Of a stretch of 64,000 bases of DNA, positions 1 to 11,296 are shown piece by piece. The notes beneath the pieces were generated by a model. That model was not told where the DNA came from and ran no database searches. It saw only the letters and a program-made list of their open reading frames with translations. The first letter of the stretch is position 1; each line of letters opens with the position of its first letter. Origin of the DNA: Ignavibacteriales bacterium (GTDB lineage Bacteria > Bacteroidota > Ignavibacteria > UBA10030 > UBA8401); NCBI GenBank assembly GCA_026390635.1, contig JAPLFO010000139.1, positions 34,333-98,332 of the forward strand, written 5' to 3'. The translations under genes were made by a program, and so were the position numbers.

Positions 1-466
1 GGGTGTGCAATTCCGCCCCATCGTAGCAGTTGACCGTCAATCCGCCCATCATCGATGCAGAGATGTTGTCGGGGTGCCCTTCCAACGCCAATCCTATTGT
101 CAGCATCTGCGTTTCTGAAAGCTTCAGGTCAAAAAGCCTGTTGGCAAGAACGATGCCGGCGGTACATGCTGCCCCGCTTCCACCCAGGCCGCCGTACGCA
201 GGAATGTTATTCTCCAGGTGAAGCCGAAGATGTGCTTGCCGTGGATCTCTCCCCGCCGCATGCAGCGCTGCACAAATCCCTTGATAGACAAGATTGTTTG
301 AATCGGTTGCGATGTGGTTTATTCCTTCACCTTCCACTGTGATTGTCAACGGCGCCTGTTGATCCGCTTCTCCCGAAACAATGAGATAGCGATTCAATGC
401 CAGGCCCAGCACATCAAAACCGGGACCCAGATTGGATGTTGACGCCGGAACGCGAACTCTAACCAT
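1..466 (-). CDS. thrB: homoserine kinase, N-terminal part (gene continues beyond window start)
   Basis: Reverse-complement translation from the ATG at 464-466 gives MVRVRVPASTSNLGPGFDVLGLAL..., carrying the GHMP-kinase PxxxxNLGPGFD motif. Its start overlaps the thrC stop (TGATG). Confidence 0.8.
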   Translation of the reverse strand, partial: MVRVRVPASTSNLGPGFDVLGLALNRYLIVSGEADQQAPLTITVEGEGINHIATDSNNLVYQGICAALHAAGRDPRQAHLRLHLENNIPAYGGLGGSGAACTAGIVLANRLFDLKLSETQMLTIGLALEGHPDNISASMMGGLTVNCYDGAELHT

Positions 467-1752
467 CACCTTTCTGTCCTCTCTGAGAGAATTTTTTCGA
501 CATCGCCGATTTCTGCACGAATCTCGACCGGCGGATTAGCAAGAGGGTGTGTCTTTGCAAAATGATAATCCACGATACTCTGCGGATCTTTTAAAATATT
601 TCCGGTAAGGATCCCGACAACCGTCTCCCCTTCGTCGATGATTCCCGCCGTCACAAGTTTTTTCAGTCCGGCGACCGTTGCACACGATGCCGGTTCCGCT
701 CCTATGCCGGCGGCATCGACATGCGCTTTCGCCTCCAAAATCTCCTCATCTGTCACGCTCTCGACAATGCCGTTCGTCCATCGCAATGAACGGACAGCTT
801 TAGAATAGTTCACCGGGTTGCCGATCTTGATGGCTGTGGCAATGGTGTCTGCCTTTTGCGGTCGCAGTGTGGAAAACCCATTCTTGAATGCTTCATAAAA
901 AGGACTTGCACCCTGTGCCTGAATGACCGCAAAACGCGGCATTTTGTCAATCCACCCGAGTTCCACAGCTTCGTGCAGTGCCTTTCCAAAGGCGCTGGTA
1001 TTTCCAAGATTCCCGCCGGGAAAAACAAACCAATCCGGAACCCGCCAGCGCAATTGCAGAAGCGCCTCCCAGACGATCGTCTTCTGCCCTTCCAGTCTGA
1101 ATGGATTGATCGAGTTGAGAGGATAGGCACCGAGTCGTTCCTGCGCTTCCCGGATCAACCGCATGCAGTCATCAAAATCCCCGTCCACAACTAGCGTCTT
1201 CGTCCCGTAGGCAAGCGCCTGTGATATTTTTCCAACTGCAACATTTCCCTTGGGAATAAGCACCAGTCCCGCTATTTCCGCCTCGGAAGCATAAGCCGCC
1301 AGAGATGCAGACGTATTTCCGGTAGATGCGCATGTCACGGCGCGCTGCCCCAGCGCCCGCGCCTGAGTTACTGCAGCGGTCATGCCGCGATCTTTAAATG
1401 ATCCTGTCGGATTCTCTCCTTCGTGTTTTAAAAACAGATTTCGGCAACCGGTCCACAGAGAAACTTTTTTACTGCGGTACAAGCGCGTGTTCCCTTCTTG
1501 TTTGGAGACAATCGCTTCGTCTGGAAATCCCGGCAGGACCATGTTGCGGAATCGCCAGACACCGCCCGCAGGCTGGCCGTTCAACATGGCAGAATGCTCG
1601 CCGAACTGCTCACGGGACAGATCGAACGACGCGCGCACGCTCTGCCAATCATGAGACACATCCAACAGGTTGCCGCAGGTGCATGTGAATCGAATATCCG
1701 AGAGCAAATATTCCCTGCCGCATTCAATGCAGCGAAGACACGAATAGGTCAT
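466..1752 (-). CDS. thrC: threonine synthase
   Basis: 428-aa ORF with PLP-dependent threonine synthase features (N-terminal Cys-rich zinc-ribbon CLRCIECGREY..., ...FKDRGMT... motif). Start ATG overlaps proC stop (ATGA). Confidence 0.9.
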   Translation of the reverse strand: MTYSCLRCIECGREYLLSDIRFTCTCGNLLDVSHDWQSVRASFDLSREQFGEHSAMLNGQPAGGVWRFRNMVLPGFPDEAIVSKQEGNTRLYRSKKVSLWTGCRNLFLKHEGENPTGSFKDRGMTAAVTQARALGQRAVTCASTGNTSASLAAYASEAEIAGLVLIPKGNVAVGKISQALAYGTKTLVVDGDFDDCMRLIREAQERLGAYPLNSINPFRLEGQKTIVWEALLQLRWRVPDWFVFPGGNLGNTSAFGKALHEAVELGWIDKMPRFAVIQAQGASPFYEAFKNGFSTLRPQKADTIATAIKIGNPVNYSKAVRSLRWTNGIVESVTDEEILEAKAHVDAAGIGAEPASCATVAGLKKLVTAGIIDEGETVVGILTGNILKDPQSIVDYHFAKTHPLANPPVEIRAEIGDVEKILSERTER

Positions 1753-2631
1753 TGTGGTTGCACTGGTTTGGTGATGAGTTCACTGAGCTCCTTTGACCGG
1801 CGGGTTGCCGTCGCAACCGCATCAATAAGCATGGAGCGCAATCCGTGGGATTCCAATTCGTGTACTGCATTAATCGCCGTTCCGCCCGGTGTTGTCACTT
1901 GATCACGCAGAATGGCCGGATGCAGTTGAGATATTTTCACAAGTTTTGCCGAACCCAAAACGGTTTGAACTGCCAGCTTGGTTGCCACGTCGCGACTCAA
2001 TCCCATTTTGACACCGCCGTCGATCAGGGCTTCGATCACCATATAGATGTAGGCCGGCCCGCTGCCGCTGAGTCCCGTCACCGCATCCAGTTGATGTTCT
2101 TCGACGACGACAACCTCACCGACTGCTTCGAAAATTGCAATAGCCATCTGTGCATGTTCTTCCGTGACAGAATCCCCGAACGCGACGGCTGTCGCGCCTT
2201 CGTCAACCGTCGATGCGATGTTCGGCATCGAGCGAACAATCGGATTCTTCTTGCCAATCCGCTTCTGCAGCGCCTCTATGGTGACACCGGCGGCAATGGA
2301 GATGATGAGCTGGGATTCCAGAAGCGTTTCTTTGATCTCATCTATGACTTTTCCAATGGTATACGGTTTGACACAGAGCATCACGACGTCCGCATTGACG
2401 ACAGCATCCCGATTGTGCAGCGTCGTGCGTATTTTCCATTTGCTTGCAAGCCTCTCAAGCTTTTCACTATGAATACCGCTCGCGATGATTTTGTCATGCG
2501 GCGCGATCTTGGCATTGAGGATGCCGCGCAGCAATGACGTTCCCATATTGCCTGCACCGATGATGGCGATAGATCGATTGAGATTCTTCGAGGAACCGCG
2601 CGTGCTTGCCTGTTCATTCTGCGTAAACATG
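1749..2631 (-). CDS. proC: pyrroline-5-carboxylate reductase
   Basis: The ORF extends to 2813, but the conserved core begins at MFTQNEQ...IAIIGAGNMG (Rossmann GxGxxG) followed by a ProC-like C-terminal dimerisation region. Preferred start 2629-2631, giving about 294 aa. Confidence 0.8.
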
Positions 2632-3108
2632 TTCCACCTCTCCGGATTGATTTTTTCGTTCACATACTTCACGATTCGGGCGGGATGGTTGGCTCTTGAG
2701 ACTCCGGGAGAGATCAACCCCTTCCCAAGATTCTGACCGGGTCCCGTTTGGAAATCATTGAAAAGCTTTTCAGAACCGTGTAAATAAATATAGCAAAATT
2801 GCAAACTTGTCAAAGTCTATCGTGACGAATATCCTCGTCTTGCCGATACTCATCGGATTGAACTATTCTCAATTTCCTAGAATGATGGGAGCCGGATTGC
2901 GTCTTTCTACACTTTTCTGTCCAGTTGTTTTTGTTCACTGCTCCGGCAATGAAATTTTTTCCACTGCAGCACACTGGTCGCTCAGTCGACTGCGACATCA
3001 GCTTTTTTCCAACTATCGCGGCCTGTGTGCTTGCCTCTATTCTCTCAGGAGAGAACGGGATCAATTCCGCCGCTGATTGAAAACGAATTGTGCGTTGGAG
3101 GTCGAGTG

Positions 3109-3450
3109 CTAGAGGTACTTCACGAACTTGTTTTTACCGTCCACGAGGATAATTTTGGGGTGCAGGGGAACATCGCTCAACTCAAACCCCATTACAATAA
3201 TCTCTTCCCCTCCTTTGATCAGATGAGCTGCCGCGCCATTCATGCAAATGGTTCCGCTCCCCCGTTTGCCCAGCAGCACATATGTTTCCAGGCGGGCGCC
3301 TGTCGTGTTGCTGGACACAAGAACTTTCTCCCCCGGCAGAAATCCCACCAGATCGACAAGGTCCTCGTCAATGGTAATGCTCCCCACATATTCGACGTTG
3401 GCCTCGGTTACTGTCGCTTTATGTATTTTGGAACGAAGAATCCATCGCAT
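3109..3450 (-). CDS. panD: aspartate 1-decarboxylase
   Basis: 113 aa, MRWILRSKIHKATVTEANVEYVGSITIDEDL... is collinear with PanD, including the self-processing Gly-Ser region. Confidence 0.9.
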   Translation of the reverse strand: MRWILRSKIHKATVTEANVEYVGSITIDEDLVDLVGFLPGEKVLVSSNTTGARLETYVLLGKRGSGTICMNGAAAHLIKGGEEIIVMGFELSDVPLHPKIILVDGKNKFVKYL

Positions 3451-3469
3451 AAGGTAAAGTACTCAAATT

Positions 3470-4363
3470 CTATTTGAATTTCATCCGGTCGGTACGAAAC
3501 GGACTTTGATGAAATAGTTCTGGATGAGTTTTTGCATAAGAGGAGACACGATGTCTCTCTTTTTGGGCAACAATGATGATGTTGTTCGGCAGCATTGTTT
3601 GTGCGGCGAGGATGGAAAATCCGCATGCCTCTGTCATCTCAATTGCCAGTTGTGCGTCAAAAACATGGTGATGAATACCTCGCACGTGGAGATTGTCAAG
3701 TGTTGTTTTCCGGAAAGATTCCCGATCTTTTCCATAGCGAGTTAGTTTAAGATCTGTCAGATTCAAAAATTCCTGCACATGCGTCTCATCGCTCTCATCC
3801 ACCGCCGATTCTTCATCATGGATAAGGTGCTTAATGGTTGTGAGGGGACGACGATGATCAAATGTTCCATCGCGATGTGGGACAACGAGGACGAGAATGC
3901 CGTCGCCTGTGATCACCCTCCCCCATTCCCGAAGCGCACGCAGCGGATTCGCGATATGTTCAATCACATGGGAAGAAAGGATGCAATCATATTCGCCGGA
4001 CGGTACATCTGTCAACGATCCGGCTTCTGAAACGAAATATCGGCCGGCTGGTTTGTGCGGATCAAAGGCGTATGTTGATCCTGGCGAGCGACTTCCCTGC
4101 CACATCGTCGTAGAGGAGAAATTGCATCCGTCAATCGTCGCCGCATCGCCGTAGACCGGAAAAGCTCCTCCTCTCTCAAAGGTCGGACTTGGTCCACCGA
4201 TCTCAAGACATCGTGCCGACGCAATTCGACGGGATACAATGGTGTACTCTGAGAACACCGGTCGCTGGAAGAAGGCGATGATGTACTGCTGCAATCCATA
4301 TGCCCCCAGCGTTTTTGCAGAGACTGCGGCTTTGTGCAGCAAATGCCGCAGAGAAAGATTCAC
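3470..4363 (-). CDS. class I SAM-dependent methyltransferase
   Basis: 297 aa with LEIGGP (motif I, GxGxG-like) and an acidic-residue motif downstream. Substrate unknown. Confidence 0.55.
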   Translation of the reverse strand: MNLSLRHLLHKAAVSAKTLGAYGLQQYIIAFFQRPVFSEYTIVSRRIASARCLEIGGPSPTFERGGAFPVYGDAATIDGCNFSSTTMWQGSRSPGSTYAFDPHKPAGRYFVSEAGSLTDVPSGEYDCILSSHVIEHIANPLRALREWGRVITGDGILVLVVPHRDGTFDHRRPLTTIKHLIHDEESAVDESDETHVQEFLNLTDLKLTRYGKDRESFRKTTLDNLHVRGIHHHVFDAQLAIEMTEACGFSILAAQTMLPNNIIIVAQKERHRVSSYAKTHPELFHQSPFRTDRMKFK

Positions 4364-5376
4364 AACGAACGCCCTTCGAGTGGAATATAGCGTCTTACCT
4401 CTGCCATCAGTGAGTCAAACATGGGAGGGGTGAGAGACTGTGCCCCATCGGAAAAAGCTTCTTCGGGATTGGGATGCACTTCGATGATCAATCCATCTGC
4501 GCCGACAGCGACTGCTGCTTTGGAGAGAGGGGTAATCAGGCTGCGCACTCCGGTTCCGTGGCTCGGATCGACAATCACCGGAAGATGACTTAGTTCTTTA
4601 ATTGCCGGGACGGCGGAGAGGTCACAGGTGTTCCGCGTATAGTCTTCGAAGGTTCGAATACCGCGTTCACAAAGCACAACATTATAATTGCCCTGGGACA
4701 TGATGTACTCGGCAGACATCAGGAGTTCCTTGATGGTGCTGGACATACCACGCTTCAGCAGTACCGGTTTTGCAATTTTCCCAACCGCTTTTAAGAGGGA
4801 AAAGTTCTGCATATTTCTTGCTCCGATTTGGAGCATGTCTGCGTACTCAGAGACCATCGGAACATCGGTCGGCGTAATCACTTCGGTGACAAATGGGAGG
4901 CCTGTTTCTTCTCTGGCTTCGGCGAGAAGTTTTAGTCCCTCTTCTTCAAGTCCTTGAAATGCATACGGTGATGTTCGCGGCTTGAATGCACCGCCGCGCA
5001 GCATCTGTGCACCTGCTTTTTTTACAAATGCGGCGCTCGCGAGAATTTGTTCGCGGGATTCCACCGAGCAGGGGCCGGCTATCACGACGAATTGATCACC
5101 GCCGATTTTTACGTTGCCAACCGCCACCACTGAAGACTCGCGGCGCATATCTTTGCTTGCGAGCTTATATGGCTTTAAAATTGGCATGACACTTTCCACG
5201 CCATCCGTCGACTCGAGCGCTTGTAGTTGTACTTTTCCGCGTTCATCGCCAACGCAGCCGATGACCGTTCGCTCAGTGCCGACTATCGAATGAGGCTGGA
5301 ATCCAAGCTGTCTTACTCTTTCGTAGACATGCTGCAATTGGGCGTCACTTGCGCCCGGCTTCATTACAATGATCAT
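4360..5376 (-). CDS. 3-deoxy-7-phosphoheptulonate (DAHP) synthase, class I-beta with N-terminal regulatory domain
   Basis: 338 aa. The C-terminal about 260 aa match the KDO8P/DAHP synthase I-beta fold (GPCSVES..., KPRTSPY..., [17 protein letters not shown]). An N-terminal about 80 aa ACT/ferredoxin-like extension matches Thermotoga/Bacillus-type enzymes. Confidence 0.8.
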   Translation of the reverse strand: MIIVMKPGASDAQLQHVYERVRQLGFQPHSIVGTERTVIGCVGDERGKVQLQALESTDGVESVMPILKPYKLASKDMRRESSVVAVGNVKIGGDQFVVIAGPCSVESREQILASAAFVKKAGAQMLRGGAFKPRTSPYAFQGLEEEGLKLLAEAREETGLPFVTEVITPTDVPMVSEYADMLQIGARNMQNFSLLKAVGKIAKPVLLKRGMSSTIKELLMSAEYIMSQGNYNVVLCERGIRTFEDYTRNTCDLSAVPAIKELSHLPVIVDPSHGTGVRSLITPLSKAAVAVGADGLIIEVHPNPEEAFSDGAQSLTPPMFDSLMAEVRRYIPLEGRSL

Positions 5377-5486
5377 GAACCTGCCCTTGGTATAGTTATT
5401 TGTATCCTAAAAATATAAGAGATTTCCACACCGAAGCAAGAACCAATTGCTTTTGAATCTTCAGGCGAATTGGATATATTTGGTAC

Positions 5487-6884
5487 ATGAAGCTGAAGAC
5501 CACATCCGATACCATTGCTGCTATTGCAACGCCGCCCGGAGAGGGTGGGATTGCCGTTATTCGTGTCAGCGGAATGAACGCTCTTGATATTGTGGGACCA
5601 TTGTTTTCCGGAAAGCGTTCTCTCCACGATAGTCCGTCGCATATGGCTTTGTTGGGGGAGTTCGGCGATGGGGTGGGTGGGTGCTTGGATTCTGTTCTTG
5701 CCACCGTGTTTCGGGCTCCACATTCCTACACTGGTGAAACTGTCGTGGAAGTTAGTTGTCATGGTGGATACTTTATCTCGCGATGCATTCTTGATACCGT
5801 TATTGCAAAAGGGGCCCGTCACGCACTTCCCGGTGAGTTTACGGAACGCGCGTTTTTGAACGGTAAGATAGATCTTAGCCAGGCAGAGGCGGTGGCCGAG
5901 CTCATACACGCTCGATCCGAGTCTGCACGAAAGGCTTCGTACGAACAACTTCACGGCAGACTTGGCGATCGCATCCGGACACTGCGTCGGGGACTACTTG
6001 ATCTATGTTCGTTATTGGAACTTGAGTTGGATTTTTCCGAAGAGGGCATACAAATCAATGGCCTTGACAATGTGTTAGACCAGTTGGCCCAGACAATCAA
6101 GGCTGTCGAAGAGATGTCCGCCACTTTCGCCTCGGGAAAGCTCATCCGCGAAGGTGTCCGAACGGTGCTGGCGGGCAGACCAAACACGGGCAAGTCCAGC
6201 CTCCTGAATATTCTGTTGCAGGAGAATCGGGCTATTGTCAGCGAGATCCCGGGAACCACAAGAGATGTGATTGAGGAGAGCGTATCTATTGATGGGATGC
6301 TTTTTCGCTTGGCTGATACGGCGGGACTCAGGAAGACTGTTAACGAGATCGAAAAAGAAGGAATCCGCCGGACGGAGCACCAGTTGGACAGGGCAGATCT
6401 TGTGCTCTACCTTATGGATACATCGCAACCCCTTGATCCGGAAGATATTTCCCTCATAAAGCCACTTGTCGATACCTGTGCCGGGAGCACTTCGAGGATA
6501 ATCCTTGTTCTCAATAAATCAGATGTTTGTTTGTCTGGATGGAGCAGTGGAGCAGATCTAGCAGGGCTCCCATCCGTAATGGTCTCCTGCAAGGAACACC
6601 GGGGAATAGATACGCTTAAGCGCTTGCTAGTGGATACAATTATGCCTCTACACGACCATTCTATCTCGAGTCCTTTAATATTGAGCTCTCGGCATAAGGC
6701 GGCCCTTGACGGGGCAGCGCTGTCTCTTCGGCTCGCACAAGAGTCCGTCCAACGGCGGATGAGTTTCGAATTTGTTGCCGTAGATATCCATGGAGCGATG
6801 GATGCATTGGGGGAAATTATCGGATACACAACGCCTGAAGACGTCCTCCAGAACATCTTTTCACAGTTTTGCATCGGAAAATAG
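5487..6884 (+). CDS. mnmE: tRNA modification GTPase MnmE
   Basis: 465 aa with G1-G4 GTPase motifs (GRPNTGKSS, DTAG) and the canonical C-terminal CIGK*. The stop codon is TAG. Confidence 0.9.
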   Translation: MKLKTTSDTIAAIATPPGEGGIAVIRVSGMNALDIVGPLFSGKRSLHDSPSHMALLGEFGDGVGGCLDSVLATVFRAPHSYTGETVVEVSCHGGYFISRCILDTVIAKGARHALPGEFTERAFLNGKIDLSQAEAVAELIHARSESARKASYEQLHGRLGDRIRTLRRGLLDLCSLLELELDFSEEGIQINGLDNVLDQLAQTIKAVEEMSATFASGKLIREGVRTVLAGRPNTGKSSLLNILLQENRAIVSEIPGTTRDVIEESVSIDGMLFRLADTAGLRKTVNEIEKEGIRRTEHQLDRADLVLYLMDTSQPLDPEDISLIKPLVDTCAGSTSRIILVLNKSDVCLSGWSSGADLAGLPSVMVSCKEHRGIDTLKRLLVDTIMPLHDHSISSPLILSSRHKAALDGAALSLRLAQESVQRRMSFEFVAVDIHGAMDALGEIIGYTTPEDVLQNIFSQFCIGK

Positions 6885-6913
6885 AGAAACCGTATGTTTC
6901 ACGTGAAACAAAC

Positions 6914-8803
6914 ATGCCCATAGTTCAATCACCTCAAAATCAATACGATGTAGTCGTCGTCGGCGGTGGCCATGCAGGAATTGAGGCTTGCCTGGCCGCT
7001 TCTCGTATGAAGTGCTCAACACTTCTTGTCACCCTAAGCGCGGCCGGGATTGGCCGCATGTCCTGTAACCCTGCTATCGGCGGTACGGCCAAGGGGCACC
7101 TGGTAAAAGAGATCGATTCTTTGGGTGGGGAAATGGGCAAGATTGCGGATGAATCCGGAATTCACTTTAGAATGCTCAACACATCCAAGGGACCGGCGGT
7201 CTGGTCTCCCAGGAGCCAGAATGATAGGGAATTGTATTCTCGCGCTGCATCCAACCGACTGCTGTCACAGGCTGGATTAGATCTCCTTGAAGACGATCTC
7301 TTGCACATCCATACTGAAGGCGAATTTGTTGTTGGAGTAAGCACCCGGGGTGGTCACAGCGTTTTCTGCGCAGCGCTTGTGATATGCACCGGGACGTTTC
7401 TCAATGGATTGATGCATACCGGACAGAAGAGCCGGGAAGGGGGGCGGTTTGGAGAGCGAAGCTCACGTGGCATCTCTGAGAGGCTTGTCGATCTTGGCTT
7501 TGTTGCGGGCCGATTAAAAACAGGAACTCCTCCTCGCATCGATTTGGACAGCATTGATCTTTCTCGCGTTGAAGTTCAACCCAGTGACGACCCACCAAAT
7601 CCGTTTTCACACACAACGAGGCAAATAAAAAATCAGTTGGTCCCAATGTACCTTACGTACACGAACACCGAAACCCACGCGATTCTTCGAAAGGGGTTTG
7701 ATCGGTCGCCGCTTTTCACTGGAAGAATAAAGGGGGTGGGGCCACGGTACTGTCCATCAATCGAAGACAAGGTGAACCGCTTCGCAGACAGAGATCGCCA
7801 TCACATTTTCCTTGAACCGGAAGGGTACAATACAAATGTTGTCTATGTCAACGGATTCTCAACTAGTCTTCCCGAAGAAATTCAGTTTGAAGCTTTGCGT
7901 TCGATTGCAGGTCTTGAACGTGTCGAAATGATCAGGCCTGGCTATGCCGTGGAATATGATTTCTTCCCTCCTCATCAATTGAATCATACTCTCGAGACAA
8001 AATTAGTTCACGGGCTCTTTTTTGCCGGTCAGATCAACGGGACATCTGGATATGAAGAGGCCGCTGGGCAGGGCTTGATGGCGGGAATAAATGCGGCACT
8101 TGCGGTCCAGGATCGTCCGCCATTGATACTTCGCAGGGACCAGGCCTATATCGCCGTCATGATCGACGATCTTATTAACAAGTCCACTGATGAGCCATAC
8201 AGAATGTTCACCTCGCGGGCCGAACACCGGCTTCTTCTGCGACAGGACAATTCCGATCGTCGACTTATGTCCATCGGGTATTCACTCGGTCTCATCTCTG
8301 AAGAATCGCACGCTTATCTTGACAGGAAAGAACGCCTCATAGAAAAGGGGATCTCCTTTCTTCTCTCCTCCTCCGTTGCCCCGACAGCAATTAATCCAAC
8401 ATTGGCAATGAAGGAAGAACGGTTGATCGTGGAGAACGAAAAGCTTTCTCAGCTACTAAAGCGATCGAATATTTCGATTGGAGACCTTGTCCCGGTATTG
8501 CCTCCGGTGGATCAAGAAACTGGAAACGCATTTTCCAACATAGAGATTTCCAGACAAATCGAGATCGATCTCAAATACGAAGGATACATCGCAAGAGAAT
8601 TGCAACAGATTTCTCGGGCGATTCGATTTGAGGAGATGGAGATACCCGAAACATTTGATTTCGCTGATATTAAATCTCTCAGTACCGAGGGAAGGGAGCG
8701 ACTTAAAAAAATTCGTCCGCGTTCGATCGGACAGGCTATGCGAATCTCCGGAGTGACGAGTTCCGACATATCTGTCCTTACAATCCATCTTCGCAAACAA
8801 TAG
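6914..8803 (+). CDS. mnmG: tRNA uridine-5-carboxymethylaminomethyl synthesis enzyme MnmG (GidA)
   Basis: FAD-binding N-terminus YDVVVVGGGHAGIEA. The ORF opens at 6869 but the MPIVQ start at 6914 fits the family. Directly follows mnmE. Confidence 0.9.
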   Translation: MPIVQSPQNQYDVVVVGGGHAGIEACLAASRMKCSTLLVTLSAAGIGRMSCNPAIGGTAKGHLVKEIDSLGGEMGKIADESGIHFRMLNTSKGPAVWSPRSQNDRELYSRAASNRLLSQAGLDLLEDDLLHIHTEGEFVVGVSTRGGHSVFCAALVICTGTFLNGLMHTGQKSREGGRFGERSSRGISERLVDLGFVAGRLKTGTPPRIDLDSIDLSRVEVQPSDDPPNPFSHTTRQIKNQLVPMYLTYTNTETHAILRKGFDRSPLFTGRIKGVGPRYCPSIEDKVNRFADRDRHHIFLEPEGYNTNVVYVNGFSTSLPEEIQFEALRSIAGLERVEMIRPGYAVEYDFFPPHQLNHTLETKLVHGLFFAGQINGTSGYEEAAGQGLMAGINAALAVQDRPPLILRRDQAYIAVMIDDLINKSTDEPYRMFTSRAEHRLLLRQDNSDRRLMSIGYSLGLISEESHAYLDRKERLIEKGISFLLSSSVAPTAINPTLAMKEERLIVENEKLSQLLKRSNISIGDLVPVLPPVDQETGNAFSNIEISRQIEIDLKYEGYIARELQQISRAIRFEEMEIPETFDFADIKSLSTEGRERLKKIRPRSIGQAMRISGVTSSDISVLTIHLRKQ

Positions 8804-8804
8804 G

Positions 8805-9527
8805 ATGTTCCACGTGAAACCGGACATCGAGCTTGTGCTCACACAAAATGGTCTTTCGTTTCAAACATCGCAGGTGCAACAACTGCACCGATATGTTGAG
8901 ATGCTTCTCGACTGGAACAAAAAGATCAATCTGATATCCCGAAAGGATGAAGAGTTGGTGTGGACAAACCATATACTGCTCTCCATGTCCTTTGCGTGCA
9001 TGTTTGAATTCCCCAGTGGAACATCCGTTCTCGACATGGGAACCGGGGGCGGGCTACCGGGCATTCCCCTCAGTATTGTTTTTCCGGAGACGCAATTTCT
9101 TCTTGTAGATTCAGTGCGGAAAAAAATTTCTGCTGTAGGGGAAATGATACAAGCGCTTGGCTTGAACAATGCAAGCACTGTTTGGGGCCGGGCAGAGGAC
9201 CTTTCCGTGACTCGCGGCTTCGCTCCCTTTGATTCCGTTATTGCCAGATCTGTCTCTTCGATAACAAACATCACAACTTGGTCGTTTCCGTTATTGCGAA
9301 AGGACTCCTGCGATACCGTGCAATCACCCTTAACGCGAAACAGGCCACGCCTTCCGTCTCCCGCAATCATTTCCTTGAAGGGGGGTGATGTCAGCGCCGA
9401 AATAGTCGAGACGCAAAAGGAACATCCCCGTGCATCAATCGAAGTGATGGATCTTTCCTTCCCGGGTAGTGAATATCTTCTAAATCAGGAAAAGAAGTTC
9501 GTCATTGTGCGCGAGAAACCGCTTTGA
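8805..9527 (+). CDS. rsmG: 16S rRNA (guanine527-N7)-methyltransferase RsmG (GidB)
   Basis: 240 aa with the SAM motif LDMGTGGGLPGIPL. Third gene of the conserved mnmE-mnmG-rsmG set. Confidence 0.85.
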   Translation: MFHVKPDIELVLTQNGLSFQTSQVQQLHRYVEMLLDWNKKINLISRKDEELVWTNHILLSMSFACMFEFPSGTSVLDMGTGGGLPGIPLSIVFPETQFLLVDSVRKKISAVGEMIQALGLNNASTVWGRAEDLSVTRGFAPFDSVIARSVSSITNITTWSFPLLRKDSCDTVQSPLTRNRPRLPSPAIISLKGGDVSAEIVETQKEHPRASIEVMDLSFPGSEYLLNQEKKFVIVREKPL

Positions 9528-9582
9528 TAAGTCACCCAAAATGCGTAATTTTTACGATTCCTCATAACATTCAGGATGCCTC

Positions 9583-10542
9583 TTGGAACAGACAAATCCC
9601 GTTTTTGAGCAACTCAAACACCTCACCACCGAGCAACGCAATCCAGCAAGCATGGATATTGACGCACGCTCCATTACCGATGTTCTCACTATTATCAACA
9701 ACGACGACATCAAGGTTGCCTATGCCGTTCAAGAGGAAATCCCGTATATCGCCAGAGCCGTAGAGCTTGTCGTTTATGCTTTCAAGCAGGGTGGACGATT
9801 GCTCTATGTTGGCGCCGGCACAAGTGGGCGCCTTGGCGTGCTTGATGCGGCCGAATGTCCACCAACGTATGGTAGCGACCCGGAGATGGTTCAGGGAATG
9901 ATTGCCGGCGGCGAGAAGGCCATGTTCAGGGCGCAGGAGGGAGCGGAAGATCGGGAGGAAAGTGGCGCGGCAGATATTGACGCTAAAGATGTTTCTTCCA
10001 AAGATGTTGTGTGCGGGATTGCGGCAAGTCTCCGCACACCGTATGTTATCGGCGCGGTGAAGCGCGCAAAAGAGCGCGGCGCTCAAACGCTTTATGTGAC
10101 CACAAATCCGCGCGACAGGTTCTCTCTTCCCGAATATCAATCCCTCGCACAGGCAATAGATATTCCAATATGCACCGTTGTGGGACCAGAGGTTGTCATG
10201 GGATCCACGCGTATGAAATCCGGTACGGCGCAGAAGCTGGTACTTAATATGATCACCACCTGTTCGATGATTCGCCTCGGCAAGGTGTACGAGAACATGA
10301 TGATCGACCTCCAGATGACAAATTTGAAGCTGAGGGAACGGGCAAAAAAAATAGTTATGACAATTACCGGCGCCTCGTATGAGGAAGCCGCTGCCGCATT
10401 AGACGCTGCGAATGGACACGTGAAGAGCGCCTTGGTAATGATCAAGACCGGTGTTTCATATGAAGAGGCTCGTACCCGCCTAGCAAGGGCTGATGGATTC
10501 GTCCGCGCCGCAATCGAGGGGAAAGAGTATTCGTCTCTTTGA
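9583..10542 (+). CDS. murQ: N-acetylmuramic acid 6-phosphate etherase
   Basis: 319 aa SIS-domain protein collinear with E. coli MurQ (…GGRLLYVGAGTSGRLGVLDAAECPPTYG…). Confidence 0.85.
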   Translation: MEQTNPVFEQLKHLTTEQRNPASMDIDARSITDVLTIINNDDIKVAYAVQEEIPYIARAVELVVYAFKQGGRLLYVGAGTSGRLGVLDAAECPPTYGSDPEMVQGMIAGGEKAMFRAQEGAEDREESGAADIDAKDVSSKDVVCGIAASLRTPYVIGAVKRAKERGAQTLYVTTNPRDRFSLPEYQSLAQAIDIPICTVVGPEVVMGSTRMKSGTAQKLVLNMITTCSMIRLGKVYENMMIDLQMTNLKLRERAKKIVMTITGASYEEAAAALDAANGHVKSALVMIKTGVSYEEARTRLARADGFVRAAIEGKEYSSL

Positions 10543-10567
10543 ACAAACATCTTTTAGAGTGTGAGCA

Positions 10568-11278
10568 ATGCAAATCCCACCCGTTTTCAACGAGACAGAC
10601 ATTCCTCCGTTTATTGGATTTCCCAAAGAAGCTCTCCAATTCCTTCGGCGTCTCAAGAAGAACAATAACCGGGAATGGTTCGGTGCCCATAAGGATGAAT
10701 TCGAAGATCTTGTTAAGGCGCCAATGGAGGCGCTGGTCACTTCGCTCCAACCCGGATTTGATACCTTTGCGCCGGATTTCGATTTGAATCCCAAGAAGGC
10801 GATTTTCCGGATCTATCGGGATGTCCGGTTCAGCAAAGACAAATCCCCATACAAGACGCATATTGCCGCCCATTTTGTGGTCGCTGGCCGGCCCAAGGGC
10901 TTGGAGGGATCCGGATACTACCTCCATATTGAACCGGGAGAGGTTTTTCTCGGTGGAGGCATCTACATTCCCGATGGCGATCAGTTGAAGAAAATTCGGC
11001 GCGCCCTCGCGGCAAGGCCGAAAGAATTTCTTGAAGTCCTCAGAAACAAGATGTTCCGAAAAGCTTTTGGCGAACTTCAGGGTGAGAAACTCCAACGCGT
11101 GCCCGCCGGATATACTCCCGACAATCCGATGGTAGAGTATCTCAAGTTGAAACAGTTTTTTGTCGGATCACAATTCAAAGACTCCGTTTGCCAAGATGAA
11201 GACTTTCTTCAACTTTGTCTTCGCACATTCGCGACAGCATCGCCATTGATAGAATTCTTGAACGACGCACTCCGCTAG
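10568..11278 (+). CDS. DUF2461 (TIGR02453) family protein
   Basis: 236 aa. The pattern …NNNREWFGAHKDEFE…YRDVRFSKDKSPYKTH… is characteristic of the conserved hypothetical family TIGR02453. Confidence 0.55.
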   Translation: MQIPPVFNETDIPPFIGFPKEALQFLRRLKKNNNREWFGAHKDEFEDLVKAPMEALVTSLQPGFDTFAPDFDLNPKKAIFRIYRDVRFSKDKSPYKTHIAAHFVVAGRPKGLEGSGYYLHIEPGEVFLGGGIYIPDGDQLKKIRRALAARPKEFLEVLRNKMFRKAFGELQGEKLQRVPAGYTPDNPMVEYLKLKQFFVGSQFKDSVCQDEDFLQLCLRTFATASPLIEFLNDALR

Positions 11279-11296
11279 CATTCTGCCGAGGTCCGA